Of a DNA stretch of 39,539 bases, positions 31,629 through 38,206 are shown one piece after another. Origin of the DNA: Gaiellaceae bacterium (GTDB taxonomy: Bacteria; Actinomycetota; Thermoleophilia; Gaiellales; Gaiellaceae); assembly GCA_035709545.1 (NCBI GenBank), contig DASTEM010000254.1, positions 1 through 39,539 on the forward strand, given 5' to 3'. A program made the translations under genes and the position numbers. The notes under the pieces are model-generated. The model was not told the origin of the DNA. It did no database searches and saw only the letters and a program-made list of their open reading frames with translations. Position 1 is the first letter of the stretch. Each line of letters begins with the position of its first letter.

Positions 31629-33638
31629 CTAGCGGCGCGTCGGGACGCGACCGAGCTCGCGCTGGAGGCGCCGAGCTCGCTTCGCGATCAGGTCGCGAAT
31701 TTTTTGTGGCTCGAGGACGGTTGTCTCGCCGCGATCGGCAAGGACTTCCGAGAGGAGCCATTCCTCAGTCTTGTAGGGGACGTCTGCGATCGCCGAGCCG
31801 TCGGTCAGAGGGCGAGCCCCGCGCTCGAGCTTCCAGCGCGCGATGGCCGGCGAGTGATGCAGCCGCGCGACCCGAGGATTCCGAAGGTACGCCGGATCGA
31901 ACCCGTCGCGGGACTCGAAGCGCTTGTCCGTGAGCGTCGCTGACCGCATCCGGTCGAGTCGGAAGGTGCGCGCAGCGTCCACTGTCTGGTCCCACGTGTG
32001 CACACGCCACACGGGCAGCTCGCGTTCGATCGTGTATGGCTCCACGCGGCGTCGGGAGGGGTGCTCATCGCCCTCCTTGAGGTATTCGATCTCGACGACG
32101 ATCCGCTTCTCCGTCGCCTCGCTGAGGACCTTGACGAGCGCCTCGTCATCGGTCGCGTCCCGTGGCTCAGGGGTACCCGCGAGATCGAACCGGCCGAACG
32201 TTTCCTCGAGCTTCTTGCGGACTCGTTTGAGCGGCGAATGAGCATCGGCGGCGATGGTGGGCCCGACGTACTCGATTGCCAGACGGATTGCCCGGGCCTC
32301 GAGGGGGGTGAGCTTCGGTGGTCGCCGGAAGACATCGCCGTACAGCTCCTTGTCCACTCGAACGACGTCACCGTCGTGCATCGCGTACACGGCGTAGCAA
32401 CCGCCGCCGAAATTGACGAGGTTGAGAAGCGAGAGGTGGTCCTGCAGCTCTTCGATCGGGATGGAGAAACGCGTCGCCAGCTCACCAGCATCGAGTACGG
32501 CGGCTCGCTCGTCCCCGCATGCTGCGAGGAGCTGTGCGAGCAGCGCCTGGAGAAGTCCGAACCGTTCTGGAGCGACCGGCCCGAGGGGTCTCTCCGGTAG
32601 CGCCTGCCCCGATTTCGAGCGCCGTGGCCCTGCAACAGCCGGCGGAGGGCCGTCGTGCGTCTTCGCGAGGTCCGTCAACCCGGTCACCACTGCCTGCACG
32701 AGCTCGTCCGGCTCGAGCGGCGCCGCCCGGCCGTTCTGACGGAGAATCCAGCCTGCCAGTAGTTCGACGTTCGCATACTCGGTCTCGAAGACTCCGTCCT
32801 CGACCGTGCCGGCATCCGAGAGCGTGCGTGCGACCCACCAGGCGGTGTCGTCGGACACAGCGATCCTGGCCGTCCCGATCTTCTCGCCGATCTGCCACGG
32901 TCGCGGGATCCGATGCTTTTCGACGTCGAAGTCGACAGGGGTTCGAAAGTCTCGCTCGCGACGGGTCGCGAACCGGATGTCACCGCGGATTCGCGACACC
33001 TTGAAGGTCCTCTCCGTCTTGCGGTCCAGATCGTGCCCGACGACGTACCAGTTTCCGTCGTCGAGGCGGAGCGCATAGGGGTTGACCGTTCGCTCCCCGG
33101 ATCGAGTGCGGCGAGGGCTCCAGTATCCGAATCGGACAGTCCGCTGTTTCGAGATCGCCGATTCGAGCTTGGACAGGCGACCGGCGAGCTCCGGCGAATA
33201 GTCCGGAGCGCTGACGCGAACTCGCTCGGCGGTCTCCGTAGGCGGCTCCGGAAATCCCGAGCGGCCGAGAGCGAGGTTCTGGAGCGCCAAGCGAAGCGGT
33301 TCCGCGTACGCGAATTTCCCCTCGAGGTAGTAGAGGGCCGTCTGCAGGGCGGCAAGCTCGTCGTCGTCGAGCTCCAGGCGGTCGAGGAAGTAGTGCTCGG
33401 AACGCAGTGTGTAGAGCTCCTCTCCCGTGAATTCGTCCCGCTGCGACAGGAGCGGTACACCGAGGGCGGTCAGCTCGGCGCGGTCGGAGTAGTACCGTCG
33501 AGCGAATGCCTCGTCCGACATCTCGCTGTATCCCTCGACGTTCGATTTCACGTCTCGCGCGGTCAGCAGCCTTCGCTCCGCCATGAGGAACGCAACGAGC
33601 GAGAGCTGCCGGATGAGCTTGTCGGCGTCGTGTGACAT
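31629..33638 (-). CDS. fused double HTH-WYL-WCX transcriptional regulator (PafBC-like, 669 aa)
   Basis: Two tandem modules. Module 1 has HTH LIRQLSLVAFLMAERRLLTARDV and WYL region VRFGYW...VNPYALRLDDGNWYVVGHDL...FKVSRI. Module 2 has HTH LQALLAQLL...ELATRFSIPIEELQDHLSLLNLV and WYL region VEIEYL...VEPYTIERELPVWRVHTWD...FRLDRM. Confidence 0.8.
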   Translation of the reverse strand: MSHDADKLIRQLSLVAFLMAERRLLTARDVKSNVEGYSEMSDEAFARRYYSDRAELTALGVPLLSQRDEFTGEELYTLRSEHYFLDRLELDDDELAALQTALYYLEGKFAYAEPLRLALQNLALGRSGFPEPPTETAERVRVSAPDYSPELAGRLSKLESAISKQRTVRFGYWSPRRTRSGERTVNPYALRLDDGNWYVVGHDLDRKTERTFKVSRIRGDIRFATRRERDFRTPVDFDVEKHRIPRPWQIGEKIGTARIAVSDDTAWWVARTLSDAGTVEDGVFETEYANVELLAGWILRQNGRAAPLEPDELVQAVVTGLTDLAKTHDGPPPAVAGPRRSKSGQALPERPLGPVAPERFGLLQALLAQLLAACGDERAAVLDAGELATRFSIPIEELQDHLSLLNLVNFGGGCYAVYAMHDGDVVRVDKELYGDVFRRPPKLTPLEARAIRLAIEYVGPTIAADAHSPLKRVRKKLEETFGRFDLAGTPEPRDATDDEALVKVLSEATEKRIVVEIEYLKEGDEHPSRRRVEPYTIERELPVWRVHTWDQTVDAARTFRLDRMRSATLTDKRFESRDGFDPAYLRNPRVARLHHSPAIARWKLERGARPLTDGSAIADVPYKTEEWLLSEVLADRGETTVLEPQKIRDLIAKRARRLQRELGRVPTRR

Positions 33639-33639
33639 G

Positions 33640-33668
33640 CCGTTTCCGAGCTTATCGCTCGGTAACGG
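33640..33668 (-). promoter_or_regulatory. interrupted palindrome/hairpin one nucleotide upstream of the PafBC-like start codon (candidate operator or translational hairpin)
   Basis: The minus-strand sequence is ccgtt-a-ccgagc-gataa-gctcgg-a-aacgg, then c, then ATG. That gives 5+6 bp arms with a symmetric A/A mismatch. Confidence 0.45.
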
Positions 33669-33729
33669 TTAGCGGCCGTGCCACGTTCTCATCGCCGCCT
33701 GTCTGGCAATCACTGAGCGCCGAGCGACG

Positions 33730-34182
33730 TCAGGCGGCGACCGTCGCCGAATGCTCGAGGTGCTGGTGCGACGGGCAATAGTCGCGGCCGGGAAGTGGCG
33801 TTCGTTGGCACGCCTTGCCCTTCCGGGTAGTCGCATGACAGCGAGCGACTCCTCCGTCGAGGAGGCCGGCATCGATCTGCTGCTCGATGAACGAGGTGGC
33901 GGCGCCGACTCCCTCCCGCACGGTCCAGGCGACCTGAGCCTGCGCTGTGATCGGGAAGTAGCGTCGGATGTCGGCGAACAGCGCCCGGTCGGGACGTGCG
34001 AAGTAGTGAGGATCCTCCGCGAGGCGAGCCATCGTCTGCTCGCACTCGAGAAGGACTGCCCTGCGGTACTCGAGGCGCGCGCCATTGCTCGCGTAGGGAT
34101 CGATGAGATCCTTGATCGAGCGGTAAATTGCTCGCGAGTATTGATACATACACGAGCGTAGCTGTGCGACGTGATCGTCCAA
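33730..34182 (-). CDS. hypothetical helical protein with C-terminal Cys/His motif (150 aa from TTG 34182; 139 aa from ATG 34149)
   Basis: Protein-like composition and GC3-rich codons. C-terminus is RCHATTRKGKACQRTPLPGRDYCPSHQH (C-X9-C-X11-C-X2-H). A TACGCT hexamer lies 5 nt before ATG 34149. Confidence 0.6.
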   Translation of the reverse strand: MDDHVAQLRSCMYQYSRAIYRSIKDLIDPYASNGARLEYRRAVLLECEQTMARLAEDPHYFARPDRALFADIRRYFPITAQAQVAWTVREGVGAATSFIEQQIDAGLLDGGVARCHATTRKGKACQRTPLPGRDYCPSHQHLEHSATVAA

Positions 34183-34255
34183 CGGATCTGCCGAGACTCT
34201 CCTGGATCCCTCTTGCCGGGCGAAAAAGAGGCGAAGCGCGTGCCTCGCACGGAGC

Positions 34256-34284
34256 AGTGTAGCGCCTTTTTGCGAGTGTTACAA
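34256..34284 (-). promoter_or_regulatory. sigma-70-type promoter candidate TTGTAA-N17-TACACT
   Basis: On the minus strand, TTGTAA is at 34284-34279 and TACACT at 34261-34256, with an exact 17-nt spacer. It lies upstream of the 150-aa gene. A weak hairpin plus a five-T run (gaggc-acgcgcttc-gcctc-ttttt) follows in the leader. Confidence 0.45.
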
Positions 34285-34322
34285 AGTCGGGGACGCCGGT
34301 CGTCCGTCTGGACAACGTGGCG

Positions 34323-34889
34323 TCAGGAGACGACTCGTCTGACCGCCGCGGTTCGCGCGAACCCTCGCGCCTCCTCGAGCGCGCTCGTCGCCTCGGCCTC
34401 GGACGAGTAGACGCCCGTGAACACGATCCAGTACCCGGGGTGGAGGCTTGCGTATCGAGAGGAGTCGAGAACACCGACTTGCGGGAGTCCCTGCGCGCGC
34501 GCCTTGCGAGCGCGCGCAAGTGCGAGCCGGCGTCCGCCGGTCTGTGGCAAAGAGGCGAGCGCCACCGTCCATCCGTCCTCTCCCGCAGGCCAATCGGAGA
34601 TCCCCGATGGTCGCGGGCCCTCGGACGACGGAAGCGTGCTGGACGTCGGCAGCGTGGCGAACCCACCGGTCGCCGTGATGACTTGCGCGCCGCTCGGAGA
34701 CCCGCTGGCAAGAGCGACCGCGGCGGCAGCTCCGGCGAGTGCCACGACCCCGGCCACCGCCACCCGCACCACCCAACCCGAGCCTGTCGTGGGGCGACCC
34801 GCACCGCTCGAAGGCAGACGGGCGCCACACTCGAGGCAGTACTCCTGTTCACGAGCCGCCGGCTCGCCGCAGTGCGGGCAGAAGGTCAC
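34323..34889 (-). CDS. zinc-ribbon / single-TM / SPOR-domain protein (188 aa)
   Basis: GTG 34889 overlaps the upstream stop (GTGA). N-terminal ribbon is FCPHCGEPAAREQEYCLECGARL. TM segment is VVRVAVAGVVALAGAAAAVALA. SPOR-like C-terminus is GWTVALASL...GYWIVFTGVYSSEAEATSALEEAR. Confidence 0.7.
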   Translation of the reverse strand: MTFCPHCGEPAAREQEYCLECGARLPSSGAGRPTTGSGWVVRVAVAGVVALAGAAAAVALASGSPSGAQVITATGGFATLPTSSTLPSSEGPRPSGISDWPAGEDGWTVALASLPQTGGRRLALARARKARAQGLPQVGVLDSSRYASLHPGYWIVFTGVYSSEAEATSALEEARGFARTAAVRRVVS

Positions 34890-35290
34890 TCGCCGCTCAG
34901 GGTTGAGTGAGCTCCGAGCGCCGGGCCGTCGCCGACGGGGCGTCCGCACGTCGCGCAGTACTGTGCCCCGAGAAGCAGTGGCGCGCCGCAGACGCAGACG
35001 GCCCCGCCGCCACCGCGACGGAGGAGCGCTGTTCCGTCGAGGAGAGCGTCGATCTCCTGGACGCGAACCTCGATCGCGACGAGCTCGGCGCACCGCTCGA
35101 CGACGAGCGCCGCGCTGAAACGGTCCCGCTTGTACATCTCGAGGGCGAGCCCACCCAGGTCGCGGAGGCGCTCTTCGCGTACCTCGAGCAACGCCTTGCG
35201 CTCGCGTTTGAGCTCTCGAGTCGGCGGTACGACGTACCGGGCCTCGGCCACCCTTGTCGCGATCCTGCCGGTGTTCTCCGCTTGCGACAC
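34886..35290 (-). CDS. coiled-coil protein with C-terminal zinc ribbon (134 aa)
   Basis: GTG start 10 nt after the ALDH stop. A helical region is followed by CVCGAPLLLGAQYCATCGRPV. The exact start is uncertain. Confidence 0.55.
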   Translation of the reverse strand: MSQAENTGRIATRVAEARYVVPPTRELKRERKALLEVREERLRDLGGLALEMYKRDRFSAALVVERCAELVAIEVRVQEIDALLDGTALLRRGGGGAVCVCGAPLLLGAQYCATCGRPVGDGPALGAHSTLSGE

Positions 35291-35300
35291 TTCGAACAGA

Positions 35301-36728
35301 CTAGAGCTGCAAGACGACGAGCCGTTCCTCGGTCATCTCGCGAATAGCGTAGGCGGGACCTTCGCGGGTGTTTCCGGAATCCTTCACGCCCCCATACGGC
35401 ATCTGGTCTGCACGAAAAGTCGGTGCTTCGTTCACCATCACGCCGCCGAACTCCAGCTCTCCTGCTGCGCGGAGCGCCGACTTCACGTTGCTCGTGAACA
35501 CACCAGCTTGCAGCCCATAGCGCGTGCCGTTGGCGAGCTTGATTGCCTCGCTGAGCGTGTCGTACGGGCTGATGGTGCAGACGGGGCCGAAGATCTCGTC
35601 GCACGACACTTTCGCATCAGGGGGTGCTTCGGCGATCACCGTGGGCCGAAGCAGCTCGCCGTCGAGCACGCCACCCGTCAAAACCTGTGCCCCACGGCTT
35701 TTCGCGTCCTCGATCCACGAGAGCACGCGATCGCGCTCCGACTGTGCGATGAGGGGACCGACGTCGGTGTCTTCGTCTCCGGGATCGCCGACGCGAAGAG
35801 CCTCCACGTGTGAGAGGAACCGCTCGATGAACGGGTCGTACGACCCGCGCTCGACGTAGATCCGCTGTACCGAGATGCAGCTCTGCCCGGCGAACGAGAA
35901 AGCATTCGCGGCCAGTCGAGCCGCTGCGTCATCCAGATCGGCATCGGCGGCGACGATGACGGGCGTCGCATTCCCCAGCTCGAGGTTGACCCGCTTGCGC
36001 GGGGCGCGCTCGCGAAGCTTCCAGCCGACAGAGCTCGAGCCCGTGAACGTGATGAGCTTCACGCGGTCGTCCTCGACGAGCACGTCACCGATCTCGCTGG
36101 CCGGGCCGCACAGGACGTTAAGCCAGCCCGGCGGCAGTCCTGCCTCCGTCTCGAGCTCGGCCAGGAACAACGCCGAGAGCGGGGTCTGCGACGCCGGCTT
36201 CAAGACGACGGCACAGCCCGCGGCGAGAGCCGGAGCGATCTTGTGCGCGACGAGATTGAGCGGGAAGTTGAACGGCGAGATCGCTCCGACGATCCCGATC
36301 GGGGTTCGGAGAGTGAGCGCGAGCTTGCCCACTCCCGCCTGCGAGACATCCATCGGAACGGCGGTGCCGACGAGCTTACGGGCCTCGACCGCGGCCATGG
36401 TGTAGGTCGATACCGCGCGTGCCGCCTCGACGCGCGCTGCCTTCAGGGGCTTCCCGGCCTCGGCCGAGATTGTTCGCGCTGCCTCGTCGGCTCGCTCTGC
36501 GAGCAGCGCGGCGACCCGGTCGAGAATCGCTGCGCGCTCGTGAGCAGGGATCGGCTCTCGCATCGCCGCCTCGGCTGCGTCGAGGGCACGCCGCGCATCG
36601 GTTGCCCCCGCTTTCGCCACGCGTCCTACGGTCGCGCCGTCGTACGGTGACTGGACATCCATCCATTCGCCGGTCTCGATCCACTCGCCTCCGATGAGGA
36701 GCTTCCGCTCGGTCGCAGTCGTAGCCAT
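35301..36728 (-). CDS. NAD(P)-dependent aldehyde dehydrogenase family protein
   Basis: 475 aa from ATG 36728. Motifs are FNFPLNL, VVLKPASQTP, ITFTGSSSVG, LELGNATPVIV, catalytic FAGQSCISVQR and EIFGPV. The upstream part of the 805-aa ORF is rejected. Confidence 0.92.
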   Translation of the reverse strand: MATTATERKLLIGGEWIETGEWMDVQSPYDGATVGRVAKAGATDARRALDAAEAAMREPIPAHERAAILDRVAALLAERADEAARTISAEAGKPLKAARVEAARAVSTYTMAAVEARKLVGTAVPMDVSQAGVGKLALTLRTPIGIVGAISPFNFPLNLVAHKIAPALAAGCAVVLKPASQTPLSALFLAELETEAGLPPGWLNVLCGPASEIGDVLVEDDRVKLITFTGSSSVGWKLRERAPRKRVNLELGNATPVIVAADADLDDAAARLAANAFSFAGQSCISVQRIYVERGSYDPFIERFLSHVEALRVGDPGDEDTDVGPLIAQSERDRVLSWIEDAKSRGAQVLTGGVLDGELLRPTVIAEAPPDAKVSCDEIFGPVCTISPYDTLSEAIKLANGTRYGLQAGVFTSNVKSALRAAGELEFGGVMVNEAPTFRADQMPYGGVKDSGNTREGPAYAIREMTEERLVVLQL

Positions 36729-36734
36729 GGCTTG

Positions 36735-36740
36735 AGTGTA
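36735..36740 (-). promoter_or_regulatory. -10-like hexamer TACACT, leaderless geometry for the aldehyde dehydrogenase gene
   Basis: TANNNT hexamer on the minus strand, 6 nt upstream of ATG 36728. Confidence 0.4.
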
Positions 36741-36779
36741 GTGGCACTCTCGAGCGGCACTCGGGTCACAGGGCAGCTC

Positions 36780-36785
36780 TATGCT
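36780..36785 (+). promoter_or_regulatory. -10-like hexamer TATGCT, leaderless geometry for the thiolase gene
   Basis: TANNNT hexamer 7 nt upstream of ATG 36793. Confidence 0.35.
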
Positions 36786-36792
36786 GTGGTCG

Positions 36793-37962
36793 ATGGCTAG
36801 AGACGCGTACATCGTCGACGCCGTGCGCTCCCCGATCGGTCGGCGGAACGGCTCGCTCTCCGAGATCCGCGCCGACGAGCTCGCGGCGCAAGTGCTCAAC
36901 GGCCTCGTCGAGCGGGTCGACGTCGATCCCGGCGAGATCGAGGACGTCCAGATGGGGTGCGTGACGCAGGTGGGCGAGCAGGCCTTGAACGTCGCCCGCG
37001 GCGCGGTTCTCGTCGCAGGCTGGCCCGAGACCGTGCCGGCGACGACGGTCGACCGCCAATGCGGGTCGTCGTTGCAGGCAGCGTTCAACGGCGCCTCCGC
37101 GATCCAGGCAGGACATCTCGACCTCGTCGTGGCGGCCGGCGTCGAGCACATGACCCGGGTCCCCATGGGGTCGAATCTCGGCGAGGCAGGGTGGGGAGCG
37201 GTCAACGAGAAGATCGGCGAGCGCTGGCCCATCGTCCCGCAGGGGATCTCGGCCGAGGTGATCGCCGAGGAATGGGGACTGAGCCGTACCCAGCTCGACG
37301 AGTACTCGCTCGAGTCGCACCTGCGTGCAGTGGCGGCGATCGACGAGGGGAAGTTCGAGAACGAGATCGTGCCGATCGAGGTCGGCGCCGGCGGGGCGGT
37401 CGTGCTGTTCGCAGTCGACGAGACGCCACGGCGTGACACCTCGCTCGAGAAGCTCGCGTCGTTGCAGCCTGCATTCAAGTCCGACGGCGTCGTCACTGCC
37501 GGAAACTCGAGCTCGATCGTGGACGGATCCGCGGCAATGCTGCTGGCGAGCGGGGAGGCGGTCGAACGGCTCGGCGTGGAGCCTCGCGCGCGCTTCCTCT
37601 CGTTCGGGCTCTCGGGCGTCGACCCGTACCGGATGCTCCATGGCAACCCCGAGGCCTGCGCTCGCGCTCTCTCGAAGGCCGGGCTGGGGTGGGACGACAT
37701 CTCCGTAATAGAGGTCAACGAGGCCTTCGCCTCGGTCGTTCTTCAGTTCCTCGCGGATACCGGGCTGCACGAGCGTTGGGAGGCGGGTGAGGTGAACCCG
37801 AACGGGGGCGGCATCTCGCTCGGGCATCCGCTCGGTGCGACCGGCGCGCGCATCACCGCGACGCTCTTGAACGAGCTCGAGCGCCGTCAGGCTCGGTATG
37901 GCATCGCAACGATGTGCATCGGGCAAGGGCAGGCGATTGCGGCCGTCGTCGAGCGCGTCTGA
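36793..37962 (+). CDS. acetyl-CoA acetyltransferase / 3-ketoacyl-CoA thiolase
   Basis: N-terminus is MARDAYIVDAVRSPIGRRNG, active-site Cys context is VDRQCGSSLQA, and the C-terminus has NPNGGGISLGHPLGATGARI and MCIGQGQAIA. An alternative start at ATG 36781 adds 4 aa. Confidence 0.9.
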   Translation: MARDAYIVDAVRSPIGRRNGSLSEIRADELAAQVLNGLVERVDVDPGEIEDVQMGCVTQVGEQALNVARGAVLVAGWPETVPATTVDRQCGSSLQAAFNGASAIQAGHLDLVVAAGVEHMTRVPMGSNLGEAGWGAVNEKIGERWPIVPQGISAEVIAEEWGLSRTQLDEYSLESHLRAVAAIDEGKFENEIVPIEVGAGGAVVLFAVDETPRRDTSLEKLASLQPAFKSDGVVTAGNSSSIVDGSAAMLLASGEAVERLGVEPRARFLSFGLSGVDPYRMLHGNPEACARALSKAGLGWDDISVIEVNEAFASVVLQFLADTGLHERWEAGEVNPNGGGISLGHPLGATGARITATLLNELERRQARYGIATMCIGQGQAIAAVVERV

Positions 37963-38034
37963 GTCGCGGCCTTCGATCAGCTCCGCTAACTAATACCTAT
38001 GTAGGCCCGACTGGTGCTGATGAACAGCTGCCGC

Positions 38035-38040
38035 GATAAT
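38035..38040 (+). promoter_or_regulatory. -10-like hexamer GATAAT, leaderless geometry for the 37-codon ORF
   Basis: Hexamer lies 6 nt upstream of ATG 38047, inside a locally AT-richer spacer (37985-38046). Confidence 0.3.
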
Positions 38041-38046
38041 GAGAGC

Positions 38047-38160
38047 ATGTTCGGTGTCATCTTTCTCACGTTGCTCCTGGTAATCGGCCTCTTGGCCGTC
38101 GTCGCGGGCGCGGATTCGCGCGTCGACGACGTCGCGCGTCGACGCCGCTACCAGGGCTAG
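38047..38160 (+). CDS. candidate small membrane protein (37 aa)
   Basis: Translation is MFGVIFLTLLLVIGLLAVVAGADSRVDDVARRRRYQG: one hydrophobic helix plus a basic tail. It is below the ORF-track length cut-off and is supported only by composition and promoter geometry. Confidence 0.3.
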   Translation: MFGVIFLTLLLVIGLLAVVAGADSRVDDVARRRRYQG

Positions 38161-38194
38161 TCAGACCCGACGCACGCGTCGCCCCGGGCGTCGC

Positions 38195-38200
38195 TAGGAT
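38195..38200 (+). promoter_or_regulatory. -10-like hexamer TAGGAT, leaderless geometry for the 3-hydroxyacyl-CoA dehydrogenase gene
   Basis: TANNNT hexamer 6 nt upstream of GTG 38207. Confidence 0.4.
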
Positions 38201-38206
38201 CGCGCG

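Noticed and set aside
33669-34852. 193-aa and 380-aa minus-strand ORFs; the 193-aa one starts at GTG 34250, only 5 nt after the TACACT hexamer
   Set aside because: The leaderless-like geometry is tempting, but both translations are Arg/Ser/Pro-rich. The overlapping 150-aa frame has GC3-rich codons and normal amino-acid composition. I treat them as off-frame artefacts.
36729-37926. N-terminal extension of the 805-aa ALDH ORF, and the 386-aa minus ORF antisense to the thiolase
   Set aside because: The ALDH family N-terminus (MATTATERKLLIGGEW) starts at ATG 36728 with leaderless geometry. The extension runs antisense through a well-supported thiolase gene and is low-complexity.
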